Assembly (NCBI GenBank): GCA_965227805.1 | Contig: CBDDGJ010000001.1 | Location: forward strand, 34,249-98,248 | DNA length: 64,000 nucleotides | DNA from: Parvibaculaceae bacterium | Lineage (GTDB): Bacteria; Pseudomonadota; Alphaproteobacteria; RS24 | Direction: 5' to 3' | Part shown: positions 52,042-60,808 of the stretch, piece after piece | How positions within the stretch are numbered: the first letter of the stretch is position 1 | How the letters are laid out: each line of letters begins with the position of its first letter | Position numbers and translations under genes: made by a program | The notes under the pieces: model-generated | Databases searched by the model: none | Told to the model about the DNA's origin: nothing | The model's input: only the letters and a program-made list of their open reading frames with translations

Positions 52042-52194
52042 GGGTTAACCAAGGGCGTGTAGCGACATGAACAATCAAGGCAAACCTACCTTAAAAAAGC
52101 CCACTAAGCTGTCCAAACATATCGTAACACCTCAATATAATGGCTTCTTGCAAGGCTATTTATATATATTAAAAGCCATTAGCAAATACAATAG

Positions 52195-53940
52195 TTATGC
52201 TATATCTAGCTGATAGTCGCCTGAGCTGTCATCACTGCTATATAAATAAATGTAATAAGTCTCGGTCGCATCTGCCGTAAATGTAAGCCTGTCTATATTG
52301 GTTCCAGCATTATTTGTAGCGCCTAGTATTGTTGTAGCTGTTTCATCCAGAACGAAGAAATTACCATCAAAACCTGCATCTTGTGTTACGGTAATTGTGT
52401 ATTGAGTGTCTTGCGTAACAGATAAGGCGTAGAAATCTATATCGTTACCTGACTCAATCGTGTCGGTTACACTTGTGCTGGTCTGAAGTGCATCTAAAAT
52501 AATATGAGCTTGCGTGTAATAGCCTCCTGTTGTGCTATCAGCGCCTGTGACGGATAGATAATATGTGCCGGCGGTTAATGTATGTGTTCCAAGTTCAGTT
52601 CCACCAGCACCATTTATATTGGTATTCGTAGAGCTTATTACAGTGCCATTGATATCATATAGCCCGTTAATTCTGATGTCGAGTGAACTACTTTCCGATT
52701 CGCTGTATGTTAAAAAGGCATAATCGTCATCTTCAGTGATTGTAACTTGATGCCAATCTTCATCACTAGAAAAATCTATTATGCCCGATATATCAGAGTT
52801 ACCCCTATTTAACGTGAGTGAGGCCTCTGTTGCACTATCGGCTGATAAATCATCTTCAAAAACGTGTAATGTGTAATCACTACCCAAAAGTGAATGTTGT
52901 CCATTATATATTACAAAATAATAATCGCCAGATTCACTTGGTGTATAGGTGAAATCACCGTCTAAAGAATCAAAATTTGTAGCTGTTGCGTCAAAAATAT
53001 AATAGGCAGGAGAAAAAAAAGATTTTTCGTTAACCGTTTCAAAAGAATACATCTTATTTGCTGTTAGAAATAAACGATATAAATGCGCTTCATCAAACGA
53101 AAGTGTATTAAAAATATTTATACTCACTATATCTTCACCGATAGTTAAATCAGCAACATCTCCGGTTAAATCGAGCACATCTCCGGTTAAATCAGTATAC
53201 TCTGGGCTGGTTGCATCAGGATATTCTGCGATGGTTACATCAGAACCAATGGTTAAATCAGTATACTCTGGGCTGGTTGCATCAGGATATTCTGCGATGG
53301 TTACATCAGAACCAATGGTTAAATCAGGATACTCTGGGCTGGTTGCATCAGGATATTCTGTGCTGGTTACATCAGCAACATCTACGGTTAAATCAGTATA
53401 CTGTGTGCTGGTTACATCATACGTATCTGGACTGGTGGATGAAGTAGACGTATCTGGGCTAAGTGCACTGGAAGCAGCTACACTAGATATATAGGCCTCT
53501 CGCACAGCGTAGGGGATGATGCGATAATCACCTGTTGTGTCATTTGCACTACCCACAGCAAAATAATACGCGCCTGCGTCCAAAGTATAAATGCCTACCT
53601 CGGTATCATTATTGTAATTATTAGCGTTTATTATATCTCCATTAACGAGGTTTCCATTTTCATCATATATGCCGAGAATTTCAGTGTTTATTGTAGGTGA
53701 CCGTGCGTTAACGAGAAAGAGATATTCCCCGCTTTCATTGATGACAATTTTATGCCAGTCTTGATCGCTGGCGGCTTCTATTTCGCCCCCTGTGGTTGTG
53801 GCGCTATCTACAGCTATTGTAGATGCCGTTGCGGGGGTATCCGTAAAATCGTCTGAACCGGATGACACGTCACCATCACCGTTGCCGCTATCACTGGCGC
53901 TCCCACCGCAGGCTGTTAGCACTAGCATGGATGTCATCAT
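52195..53940 (-). CDS. Surface lipoprotein with about four PPC (pre-peptidase C-terminal)-like modules and a central tandem repeat
   Basis: The signal and lipobox are MMTSMLVLTAC|GG. The upstream ATG at 54063 would add 41 non-signal residues. Module endings recur: DAGAYYFAVGSANDTTGDYRI, SGDYYFVIYNG...DYTLHV, TAGTYYLSVTGADSTTGGYY and TETYYIYLYSSDDSSGDYQLDIA. DWH(K/Q)(I/V) motifs are present. No catalytic domain was recognised. Confidence 0.65.
   Translation of the reverse strand: MMTSMLVLTACGGSASDSGNGDGDVSSGSDDFTDTPATASTIAVDSATTTGGEIEAASDQDWHKIVINESGEYLFLVNARSPTINTEILGIYDENGNLVNGDIINANNYNNDTEVGIYTLDAGAYYFAVGSANDTTGDYRIIPYAVREAYISSVAASSALSPDTSTSSTSPDTYDVTSTQYTDLTVDVADVTSTEYPDATSPEYPDLTIGSDVTIAEYPDATSPEYTDLTIGSDVTIAEYPDATSPEYTDLTGDVLDLTGDVADLTIGEDIVSINIFNTLSFDEAHLYRLFLTANKMYSFETVNEKSFFSPAYYIFDATATNFDSLDGDFTYTPSESGDYYFVIYNGQHSLLGSDYTLHVFEDDLSADSATEASLTLNRGNSDISGIIDFSSDEDWHQVTITEDDDYAFLTYSESESSSLDIRINGLYDINGTVISSTNTNINGAGGTELGTHTLTAGTYYLSVTGADSTTGGYYTQAHIILDALQTSTSVTDTIESGNDIDFYALSVTQDTQYTITVTQDAGFDGNFFVLDETATTILGATNNAGTNIDRLTFTADATETYYIYLYSSDDSSGDYQLDIA
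53201..53400 (-). repeat. Tandem repeat, 66-bp unit, about 3 copies, in frame in the lipoprotein gene
   Basis: Units at 53201 and 53267 are almost identical and a third at 53333 is diverged. They encode repeats of the form DATSPEYTDLTIGSDVTIAEYP. Confidence 0.9.
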
Positions 53941-54336
53941 GCCAAAAGGCGCATAAAGTTTTCTATGCCTGATTTTGACATAAGGCTTCAAGAAATCAAA
54001 TGCTGTGACGTTTTGTGATTTATTGCGTGACTGTGCGATAAAAATAGACGCGAATGATGTCATGGCCTACCTCCATATCCTTTTGCCATTATGACAGCCC
54101 CTCTATCATCACCATTTCCCTTCTTTGATTTTGCCACACTATTATTCTAGTTACAAGCATAAAATCGCGTAAAATTACGAAAAGGCGGTGGCCGAAAACA
54201 GCTGATTTATATTACCTTTCCACGTCGTATGATAGCTTTCTGTAAGGCGATCTGCTGCATTTTTCCTGTTTCGGCAATATGTATATTCATCCAGATAGCG
54301 TCCCTCAATCCACCTCGAAATTGTTCCACACATGAT

Positions 54337-54579
54337 TCAAGCGGGTGGGCATTGCGCCCATACATATCTAAGGGGGAAGGACAGCTGATAGCCAAAAAAT
54401 TCAGGGCTATTACTTGCAAGGTCAATGTAATTGAGATTACCTTGTTTGATGATTTTTCTGAGTTCTGTTATGCCTATATGTAAGAAAAGCGATGCTTCCT
54501 TAATCGTAAACCTTTGATATAGGGAAATCCCCATGCTATCGGCTATGTCTTTGAGTGTGTTGTCGAATGGTGATTTCAT
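54337..54579 (-). CDS. Small HTH protein, excisionase/AlpA-like (C-terminus possibly disrupted)
   Basis: RFTIKEASLFLHIGITELRKIIKQGNLNYIDL fits the MerR-superfamily excisionase-type HTH. The last ~15 codons run into a 15-16-nt match to the IS type B terminus (54369-54384). Confidence 0.5.
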   Translation of the reverse strand: MKSPFDNTLKDIADSMGISLYQRFTIKEASLFLHIGITELRKIIKQGNLNYIDLASNSPEFFGYQLSFPLRYVWAQCPPA

Positions 54580-54661
54580 AGCCTGACAGAGTAACGGCTT
54601 TTTGTATGGATAGCAAATAGTGGGTGACTTTTCCTAGTTCGAGGGGTATCATAATTGAGTT

Positions 54662-55027
54662 ATGAATGAAACAGCACATATTTTTACACCTAGGGATGAT
54701 ACGCTCAAATCAAAAGTGGAAGCCTATCGCCGTGTATATCAGGCATGGTTGAATGCTGAAGCCAGTATAAAGCTTCATGATGATGATAACTGGCACGATA
54801 CGTTGGGCGACCGTGAAGACATCAAGCAGGCTTTGGATATTAGCATTCATAGTCTTTCTGTTGCGGCTGATTCTTTCACACGAGAAGACCTGCTTGAAGC
54901 TAAAAAAGCCCATTTGATTGAAGATGAAGAGATTTTGGAACTCACTCAAAACCAGCGACAGAATGAAATGCGGAAACTGCGTGAAAGTTCGCAATTTTTC
55001 AAGTCTTCTGAACAAAGTCAAAAGTAG
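54662..55027 (+). CDS. Hypothetical acidic 121-aa protein
   Basis: Intact ORF with no signal peptide and no recognisable motif. Confidence 0.4.
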   Translation: MNETAHIFTPRDDTLKSKVEAYRRVYQAWLNAEASIKLHDDDNWHDTLGDREDIKQALDISIHSLSVAADSFTREDLLEAKKAHLIEDEEILELTQNQRQNEMRKLRESSQFFKSSEQSQK

Positions 55028-55074
55028 CAATGTAATTAATTTTCTAAAATATTAGTATTTTTGGTGTGGTAGAT

Positions 55075-55818
55075 ATGAAACTAAATAACTTATTATTATC
55101 CTTGGCCATGTTGGTTGTTTTTTCAGGATGTACAGTTAATTTTGAAGAAAGAAGAATCGAACAAGATAATACGATTAAACAGCTAGATATTCTTGATAAA
55201 CAAAATAAGAAAATCGCATTGTTTGAAAAACTCTCAACTGATTTACCATCTATTAACTCGGCCCGTCAAATCAAACCTTACTTGGACTGGCTTCAAGAAA
55301 AGGTTTTATTTGATGGGGAAACTTTTAGATACTCCACTATGTATGCATTTTATTTATGGAAAATTCAAAAAAAGGATCTTGCTGAAGCAATGATATTACA
55401 TGCTCAGTTGAGATTAGAAACTGACTTTAGTAGGTGCAAGAATAAAGATAAGTCTTTAAATAAATATATTGGTTGGTATGAGGGTGGCGAAATAGGTTCA
55501 GTAATACTGAAAAGTTATAAGGAGCGTAGTCCTGAGACAAAAAAATTACATCTCCAATTGGCTTTTATGTTAGAAGAACAACAAAAAAGCCGTAAAGGGG
55601 ACTCGTGGTTATGTAGTAGTATCAACTGGGAAAAAGTACTAAAACAGTATGATAAGCTGAGAAAAAAAGAAAAGACGTTTGGTTCAGAAAATTTAGGAAG
55701 AGTTGTGGAGATAGAACCAGACAAAAATATTTCATTAATGCCTTCTTTTGTACCGAATGAGATATGGATTGAAAATAGAAACAAAGCTCTCAAAAAGTTT
55801 GAGGAAAAGTATCAGTAA
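55075..55818 (+). CDS. Hypothetical lipoprotein
   Basis: The signal and lipobox are MKLNNLLLSLAMLVVFSGC. The gene is very AT-rich and the protein is Lys-rich with no recognisable domain. Confidence 0.5.
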   Translation: MKLNNLLLSLAMLVVFSGCTVNFEERRIEQDNTIKQLDILDKQNKKIALFEKLSTDLPSINSARQIKPYLDWLQEKVLFDGETFRYSTMYAFYLWKIQKKDLAEAMILHAQLRLETDFSRCKNKDKSLNKYIGWYEGGEIGSVILKSYKERSPETKKLHLQLAFMLEEQQKSRKGDSWLCSSINWEKVLKQYDKLRKKEKTFGSENLGRVVEIEPDKNISLMPSFVPNEIWIENRNKALKKFEEKYQ

Positions 55819-55847
55819 TTATCTTTTAAGAGAGTGGAATTTCTGCA

Positions 55848-56255
55848 TGTGTCAAGCCCCATAATTTTGTACCAGTTTTTGTGAGAGTATTTTGGTGTTT
55901 TGGTTGAGTATGTTTGTTTCTGGTGCTGGTGGTTTGTAGTTTAGTGCTTGGTGCGGTCTGATATGGTTATATTGCTTTACCCAGCCTTTTATTACCACCT
56001 TTGCTTCTGTCAGCGACAAGAAGGTTTCTGCATTTAACAACTCGGTTCTGAGTATACCGTTAAACCTTTCATTAAAGCCATTTTCCCATGGCGATCCTGG
56101 GGCGATATAAAGCGTTTCGGTGCCCACATTACGCAAGAAACGCTTTATATCGGTGCTGGTAAATTCGCTACCATTATCCGACCTGATATGCTCAGGCATG
56201 CCATAGTTTAGGAATAAATCGCTTAAGACATCCAACACATCATCACTATTGAGGC
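55848..56255 (-). pseudogene. Chimeric IS3 OrfB 3' fragment (type B right end fused to type C-like sequence)
   Basis: 55848 to about 56195 is near-identical to 50346 to about 50695 (type B). About 56200-56255 (ttaggaataaatcgcttaagacatccaacacatcatcactattgaggcg) is identical to type C at about 33558-33610. Confidence 0.75.
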
Positions 56256-56886
56256 GATAACCTTGATATCATTGGCCGCAATCGAACACGCAACACGGCG
56301 TTCACCAACATGAAAACCCAGATGACGTAACTCTATGGTCATACGAATACGGCCATGGGAAAAATCACAAAGTCTTGCTTGCGCTCGAATATGGGCTGCC
56401 AATACCATATGCCTTACGTGCGCGTTCACTCATCGGTCGCCGCCGCCATGCCCTGAAACCACGCGAACTCACACGAATAATACGACATAGCACCTCAATG
56501 GAATACGCCTTTTTCATTCGTTCAATAAACTCAAAGCATATCACTTTTGGCTCGCAAAGAAGGCGGTCGCCTTTTTTAATATATCACACTCCTGTTGGGC
56601 AATTTGTAATTCTTTGCGCAAACGTTTGTTTTAAGAAACCAAATCTATATGGCTATCGGCAAAACCTGTCGGCTTGCTATAAAGGTCAACCCAGCAGTTC
56701 ACATGCGATAAGCCAACCCCAAAATTACCACCACCTGCTCACGCGTCTAACCGCTTGTGAGCGCAAATTGCGCCACTTCGCGTTAAAAATTTTCTTCAAT
56801 CTTCTTTGCCAACCGTTAACTCCTTTTATAATTAAGTATATCTCAAAAAAGCGGAACAAAAACAGCGCAAGTCCAGACTATAGTCA
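56256..56886 (-). pseudogene. Degraded IS3-family element (fifth type): OrfA with in-frame stops, OrfB N-terminus frameshifted and truncated
   Basis: Minus-strand translations give AKKIEENF*REVAQFALTSG*TREQVV, KRLRKELQIAQQECDILKKATAFFASQK, YSIEVLCRIIRVSSRGFRAWRRRP and GRIRMTIELRHLGFHVGERRVA. A putative left IR, TGACTATAGTCTGGACTTGCGC, ends at about 56886. Confidence 0.7.
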
Positions 56887-56923
56887 TCGCCAGTCATGTT
56901 ACATCTCCTTTGCGCGTGAATCG

Positions 56924-57871
56924 TCACGCCTTTGATGCCGCAAGATAACGCTCTGCCTCCAAAGCCGCCATACACCCCATACCCGCCGCTGTCACGGCCT
57001 GACGATAAGTGTCATCTGTCACATCACCGGCGGCAAATATGCCCGCGATCGAGGTTGCTGTGCTATCTGGCTTGGTGATGATATAATCCCCCTGTTTCAT
57101 ATCCAATTGCTTGTGAAATAAAGCCGTTGCGGGGGCATGGCCTATGGCGATAAATATGCCGGCAGCAGAAATATCTTGTATATCACCGCTTTTGGTGTCG
57201 CGCAGCTTGGCGCCGGTTACGCTAAGCGGCGCTTCATCGCCATAGATCTCCGCAATCTCGCTATTCCATAGAACAGAGATTTTTTCATGATTATGGAGAC
57301 GCTGCGCCAAAATTTTCTCGCACCTCAACGCATCTCGCCGATGAATCAGCGTAACTTTAGAGGCAAAATTGGTAAGAAATAGAGCTTCCTCAACCGCTGT
57401 ATTGCCGCCCCCCACCACCAAAACCTCTTTATCGCGGTAAAAAAAGCCGTCGCATGTGGCGCAAGCCGATACCCCAAACCCGCGAAACCTTTCTTCGCTT
57501 GGAAGTCCAAGCCATTTGGCTTGTGCCCCCGTCGCGATAATCAGGCTATCGCATGTATAAAGCATATCGCTATCGCCGTATAAGTGGAAAGGGCGCTGCG
57601 ATAAATCGGCCTTGGTGATAAGGTCGGCCACTATATCCGTGCCGACATGGCGCGCTTGCGCTTCCATTTGCTGCATAAGCCAAGGCCCCTGGATAGCCTC
57701 GGCAAAACCAGGATAGTTTTCAACATCGGTGGTGACGGTTAATTGCCCGCCCGGTTCCATACCTTGAACCAGTAAAGGCGATAGCATGGCGCGCGCGCCA
57801 TAAATGGCGGCGGTTAAGCCAGCAGGGCCAGAACCAAGAATGAGCAGTTTTGTATGCTTTCGGTTTGTCAT
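56924..57871 (-). CDS. trxB: Thioredoxin-disulfide reductase
   Basis: [17 protein letters not shown], the redox centre CATCDGFFY, and GVFAAGDV-like IFAAGDVTD. Confidence 0.95.
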   Translation of the reverse strand: MTNRKHTKLLILGSGPAGLTAAIYGARAMLSPLLVQGMEPGGQLTVTTDVENYPGFAEAIQGPWLMQQMEAQARHVGTDIVADLITKADLSQRPFHLYGDSDMLYTCDSLIIATGAQAKWLGLPSEERFRGFGVSACATCDGFFYRDKEVLVVGGGNTAVEEALFLTNFASKVTLIHRRDALRCEKILAQRLHNHEKISVLWNSEIAEIYGDEAPLSVTGAKLRDTKSGDIQDISAAGIFIAIGHAPATALFHKQLDMKQGDYIITKPDSTATSIAGIFAAGDVTDDTYRQAVTAAGMGCMAALEAERYLAASKA

Positions 57872-58830
57872 ACTCTACCTTTTATATGAGTCTCAAATGC
57901 GTGCATAATTTTATTGGCAATATGCGGGGTATCATTATAGCTTTGCGTGGGGTAGGGGGCTAATGTGCCAGTAAAACGGCGTGTCATGCCGCGCTCTTGT
58001 AATGTCGTATGAAAGTCATGAAATTTGCGCTTGCCGCCTTTGAGGGGAAACACATAAACGGGCTTTCCGGCAATACAGGCCTCACCAGTCATATTAACAC
58101 TATCTTCGGTTGTTAACACATAATCAGCCACGCCCAATAAGGCAGGGTAAGGGTTATCACCTGTGCCATCCCAAAGATAATAATCAAACGGGGTAAGCGC
58201 CTCGCGTAAAAGATGAGCAAAAGCCGCAGGCGAGCGGCGCGATAATGTAATTATGCAAAAAATATCTTGTGCGGCAATCTGTGCGAGTTTAGCGGCAAGC
58301 TGTTTCATTTCGGTGATAGAAAATGGGTAAGCATTGCTTGGCCCCCCAATAAGAATGGCTGCACAGCTTTGCCCCTGTTTACGGGTAGGGAAAGACAAGT
58401 TTTGTGCAGCACGCTTAATATCTTTTGCCTGAATATCATGCGGGGATAATAATGTTTTATATATATTTTCCCCTTCAATTTTATCATGCAAAGGCGCCCA
58501 GATAAAATCAAAATATTTTGGTGAAATATGCGGATGCTGTAAATGCACACAAAAACTTTTTCCCTTTGAGATTTTACGGATATAACGCGCATAGGGCACT
58601 GGCGCGCGCCCGACGCTGATTACCATATCCGGCCATGCATTTTGAAATCTGCTATCGGTGCGGGCATTCATCATTGCCGGAGCGAAAGGAGCGAACCATC
58701 GCCATGGGCAGGCCGGCGCTACATGGAATAGGTCCATATTTCCCGGTAAATAGGTGCTAATACCACGACATTGTGTGTCGGCACCTTGTGTACCATTGGT
58801 AATTGCCCATATTTTAAGGTTTTTATTCAT
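57868..58830 (-). CDS. ELM1/DUF1022-family protein (GT-B-like, function unknown in bacteria)
   Basis: The N-terminus [19 protein letters not shown] and the overall length fit the pattern of bacterial ELM1 (mitochondrial fission) homologues. It overlaps the trxB start. Confidence 0.6.
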   Translation of the reverse strand: MNKNLKIWAITNGTQGADTQCRGISTYLPGNMDLFHVAPACPWRWFAPFAPAMMNARTDSRFQNAWPDMVISVGRAPVPYARYIRKISKGKSFCVHLQHPHISPKYFDFIWAPLHDKIEGENIYKTLLSPHDIQAKDIKRAAQNLSFPTRKQGQSCAAILIGGPSNAYPFSITEMKQLAAKLAQIAAQDIFCIITLSRRSPAAFAHLLREALTPFDYYLWDGTGDNPYPALLGVADYVLTTEDSVNMTGEACIAGKPVYVFPLKGGKRKFHDFHTTLQERGMTRRFTGTLAPYPTQSYNDTPHIANKIMHAFETHIKGRV

Positions 58831-58917
58831 ATATTATATTTTTACGCAATAAACTTATATGCTATATAAGCAAAATGAATGCAAAAACAAGTTTGTGAAA
58901 GAGATGAGGGTAGCTAT

Positions 58918-59379
58918 ATGAAGCATCCAGACACAGTTGATTTAGAGATTTTGCGCGTTCTTCAACAAGAAGGACGCATTAGCAATGTTGAGTTAGCGCG
59001 GCGTATCGGCATCTCGGCTCCGCCCTGTTTGCGTCGGGTGCAGGCTTTGGAGCGCGAAGGCATAATCACAGGTTATCACGCCAAACTTGATAATACCCAA
59101 TTAGGTTTTGGTGTCACTGCTTTTGCCATGGTAGAATTGAATCGCCAGGCCGAGGCGGATTTACGCGCTTTTGAAACGTTAGTGTCATCATGGCCAGACG
59201 TGCGTGAATGTCACATGCTTAATGGTGAGATTGATTTTATCCTCACATGTGTGACGCGTGATTTGGAAAGCTTTCAGACATTTCTCACAGAAAAACTAAC
59301 ATCCGCGCCCAATGTTGCCCATGTCAAAACCGCTTTTCGTATTCGGCAATCAAAATATGAATCCGGTATTCCTTTATAA
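58918..59379 (+). CDS. lrp: Lrp/AsnC-family transcriptional regulator
   Basis: DLEILRVLQQEGRISNVELARRIGISAPPCLRRVQALEREGII, followed by a RAM domain. The ATG at 58918 has an upstream gaggg RBS. Confidence 0.85.
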   Translation: MKHPDTVDLEILRVLQQEGRISNVELARRIGISAPPCLRRVQALEREGIITGYHAKLDNTQLGFGVTAFAMVELNRQAEADLRAFETLVSSWPDVRECHMLNGEIDFILTCVTRDLESFQTFLTEKLTSAPNVAHVKTAFRIRQSKYESGIPL

Positions 59380-59596
59380 GCGGGCGTTATGTATTGGCCA
59401 CGCTAACTGGGTGGTGACACACCCTTGGTAGCGAATTTTATTGTCGTGCCGTTTTTGATATGGGTGTTATTACAAATTTATGCGTATAGCCTTGTTTATG
59501 CCATAATATTATGGAATATGATTATGCGATCGAGAGTTTTGGATAACCAATGATATTAAATATAACGACATTAACTATTATGAAAGGCAAACAATT

Positions 59597-60193
59597 ATGA
59601 GTTTAATGAGACCTATTCTTATTGCAAGTATGACAGTGGTGCTTGCGGCGTGTGCACAAGACGCACCGAAACCATCTATTGCAGCGCAACCTATTCCGGA
59701 TTGTGTATTTCCAAATACAAAAGAGGCCGCCCCGGGCTGGGTGTGTGATGAACCTGTGCCGGGCATTGATGTATCTGCTGTCGGCATTGCTGAAAAATCA
59801 GCAGCCGGTATTAGTTTCATGAAAGACCAGGCAGCGGCAAATGCACGTGGACGTCTGGCCGAACAGTTTAAGGTAACGGCAAGCAAAATGGTTAAACAAT
59901 ATCTGGGCACCACCGGCGTGGGGGAAGCCCAAACCGTAGATGCAGCCTCGGAAAGTGTATTGCGCACAGTTACCGAAGAAACGCTTTATGGCAGCCGCGT
60001 GTATAAAAGCCGCACCGGTCCAAATGGCCGGCTTTATGTTCTTGTCGGACTTGACACTGCTTCAACGCAAGAGGCGGTTAAAAATGCGGTCAAAACCAGT
60101 ATAAATAATGAGCAGGCGCTGTGGCAGCAATTCAAAGCCCAGCAAGGTTTTGATGAAATGGCTTCAGAAATTGCGAAACAGAAAGTGCAATAA
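59597..60193 (+). CDS. LPP20-like lipoprotein (operon gene 1)
   Basis: Lipobox MTVVLAAC. The pattern is APGWVCDEPVPG...AVGIAEKSAAG...QAAANARGRLAEQFKV: a PxW motif, a Gly-rich turn, then an Ala-rich helix. Confidence 0.6.
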   Translation: MSLMRPILIASMTVVLAACAQDAPKPSIAAQPIPDCVFPNTKEAAPGWVCDEPVPGIDVSAVGIAEKSAAGISFMKDQAAANARGRLAEQFKVTASKMVKQYLGTTGVGEAQTVDAASESVLRTVTEETLYGSRVYKSRTGPNGRLYVLVGLDTASTQEAVKNAVKTSINNEQALWQQFKAQQGFDEMASEIAKQKVQ

Positions 60194-60342
60194 TGTATCG
60201 CTCTATTTTGATTGCGGTGTTTGCGTATGGGCTTGTTGCATGCGACAAGCCCATGCCACGGGATGAAACAACACAGCAAAACCGTGCAGACCGTGCTTAC
60301 GAGACAATGAATAAAGAAGCCGACAGGATAAACTCACAATAA
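60193..60342 (+). CDS. 49-aa lipoprotein (operon gene 2; below the track cutoff)
   Basis: MYRSILIAVFAYGLVAC|DKPMPRDETTQQNRADRAYETMNKEADRINSQ. Its start overlaps the gene 1 stop (TAATG). Confidence 0.5.
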   Translation: MYRSILIAVFAYGLVACDKPMPRDETTQQNRADRAYETMNKEADRINSQ

Positions 60343-60347
60343 GGCTA

Positions 60348-60806
60348 ATGCGCATAGATTTGTTTTTTATTGCTATTTTAGCATGTGCACTGGCAGGGTG
60401 CAGCATGGGTGGCGATAGAACCGGCAAGGTGGCTTGTGTTGAAAAAGCGCAGGGCTATGCTGCATCTCCCCCCTGTTGGCTTTTGCAAGGCATATCGCAT
60501 GGGGTGCGGGTTGAAGGTGTAAAACATAGCGGTGCCAATGGCTGGCTTAAGGCGCGCAACGCCTTATTGCATGAAGCTATGGTGGAGCTTAGTCTGGCTA
60601 AATATGGGGCAGATATTGATCTTGCATCCCTTGTCACCAGAGATGTGCGTGATAGTGGCGGCGCGGTGCAAAAGAATTTGCGTGTTGTAAAACAGGCAGT
60701 CTTTACTTATGGTGGAGAGAAAATACATATAAAGGCGCATATTGAAGATTATTATTATGCGCCCCGGGTGGAGAAAATTTATTTATGGGTTATGGAGGAT
60801 GACTAA
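60348..60806 (+). CDS. LPP20-like lipoprotein (operon gene 3)
   Basis: Lipobox ACALAGC. PPCWLLQGISHG...ARNALLHEAMVELSLAKYG follows the same PxW and helix pattern as genes 1 and 5. Confidence 0.5.
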   Translation: MRIDLFFIAILACALAGCSMGGDRTGKVACVEKAQGYAASPPCWLLQGISHGVRVEGVKHSGANGWLKARNALLHEAMVELSLAKYGADIDLASLVTRDVRDSGGAVQKNLRVVKQAVFTYGGEKIHIKAHIEDYYYAPRVEKIYLWVMEDD

Positions 60807-60808
60807 TT

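Noticed and set aside
54369-54384. A 15-16-nt exact match (taagggggaaggacag) to the IS type B terminus, inside the HTH gene.
   Set aside because: The adjacent sequence does not continue the IS type B sequence. I cannot tell whether this is a solo IR scar, a preferred target mimic or chance. It is noted only as a caveat on the C-terminus of the HTH gene.
33006-56886. Search of the island for a recognisable anti-phage defence, toxin-antitoxin or secretion system.
   Set aside because: I saw no nuclease, helicase, ATPase (Walker A), methylase-restriction, reverse-transcriptase, TIR/SIR2 or toxin-like motifs in any island ORF. The cargo is glycan synthesis plus surface lipoproteins. Only unrecognised functions of the orphan ORFs at 43.0-44.7 kb and 54.3-55.8 kb remain possible.
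56375-56935. 186-aa plus-strand ORF.
   Set aside because: It reads antisense through a degraded IS3 element and into the 3' end of trxB. It has low-complexity composition and no motif.
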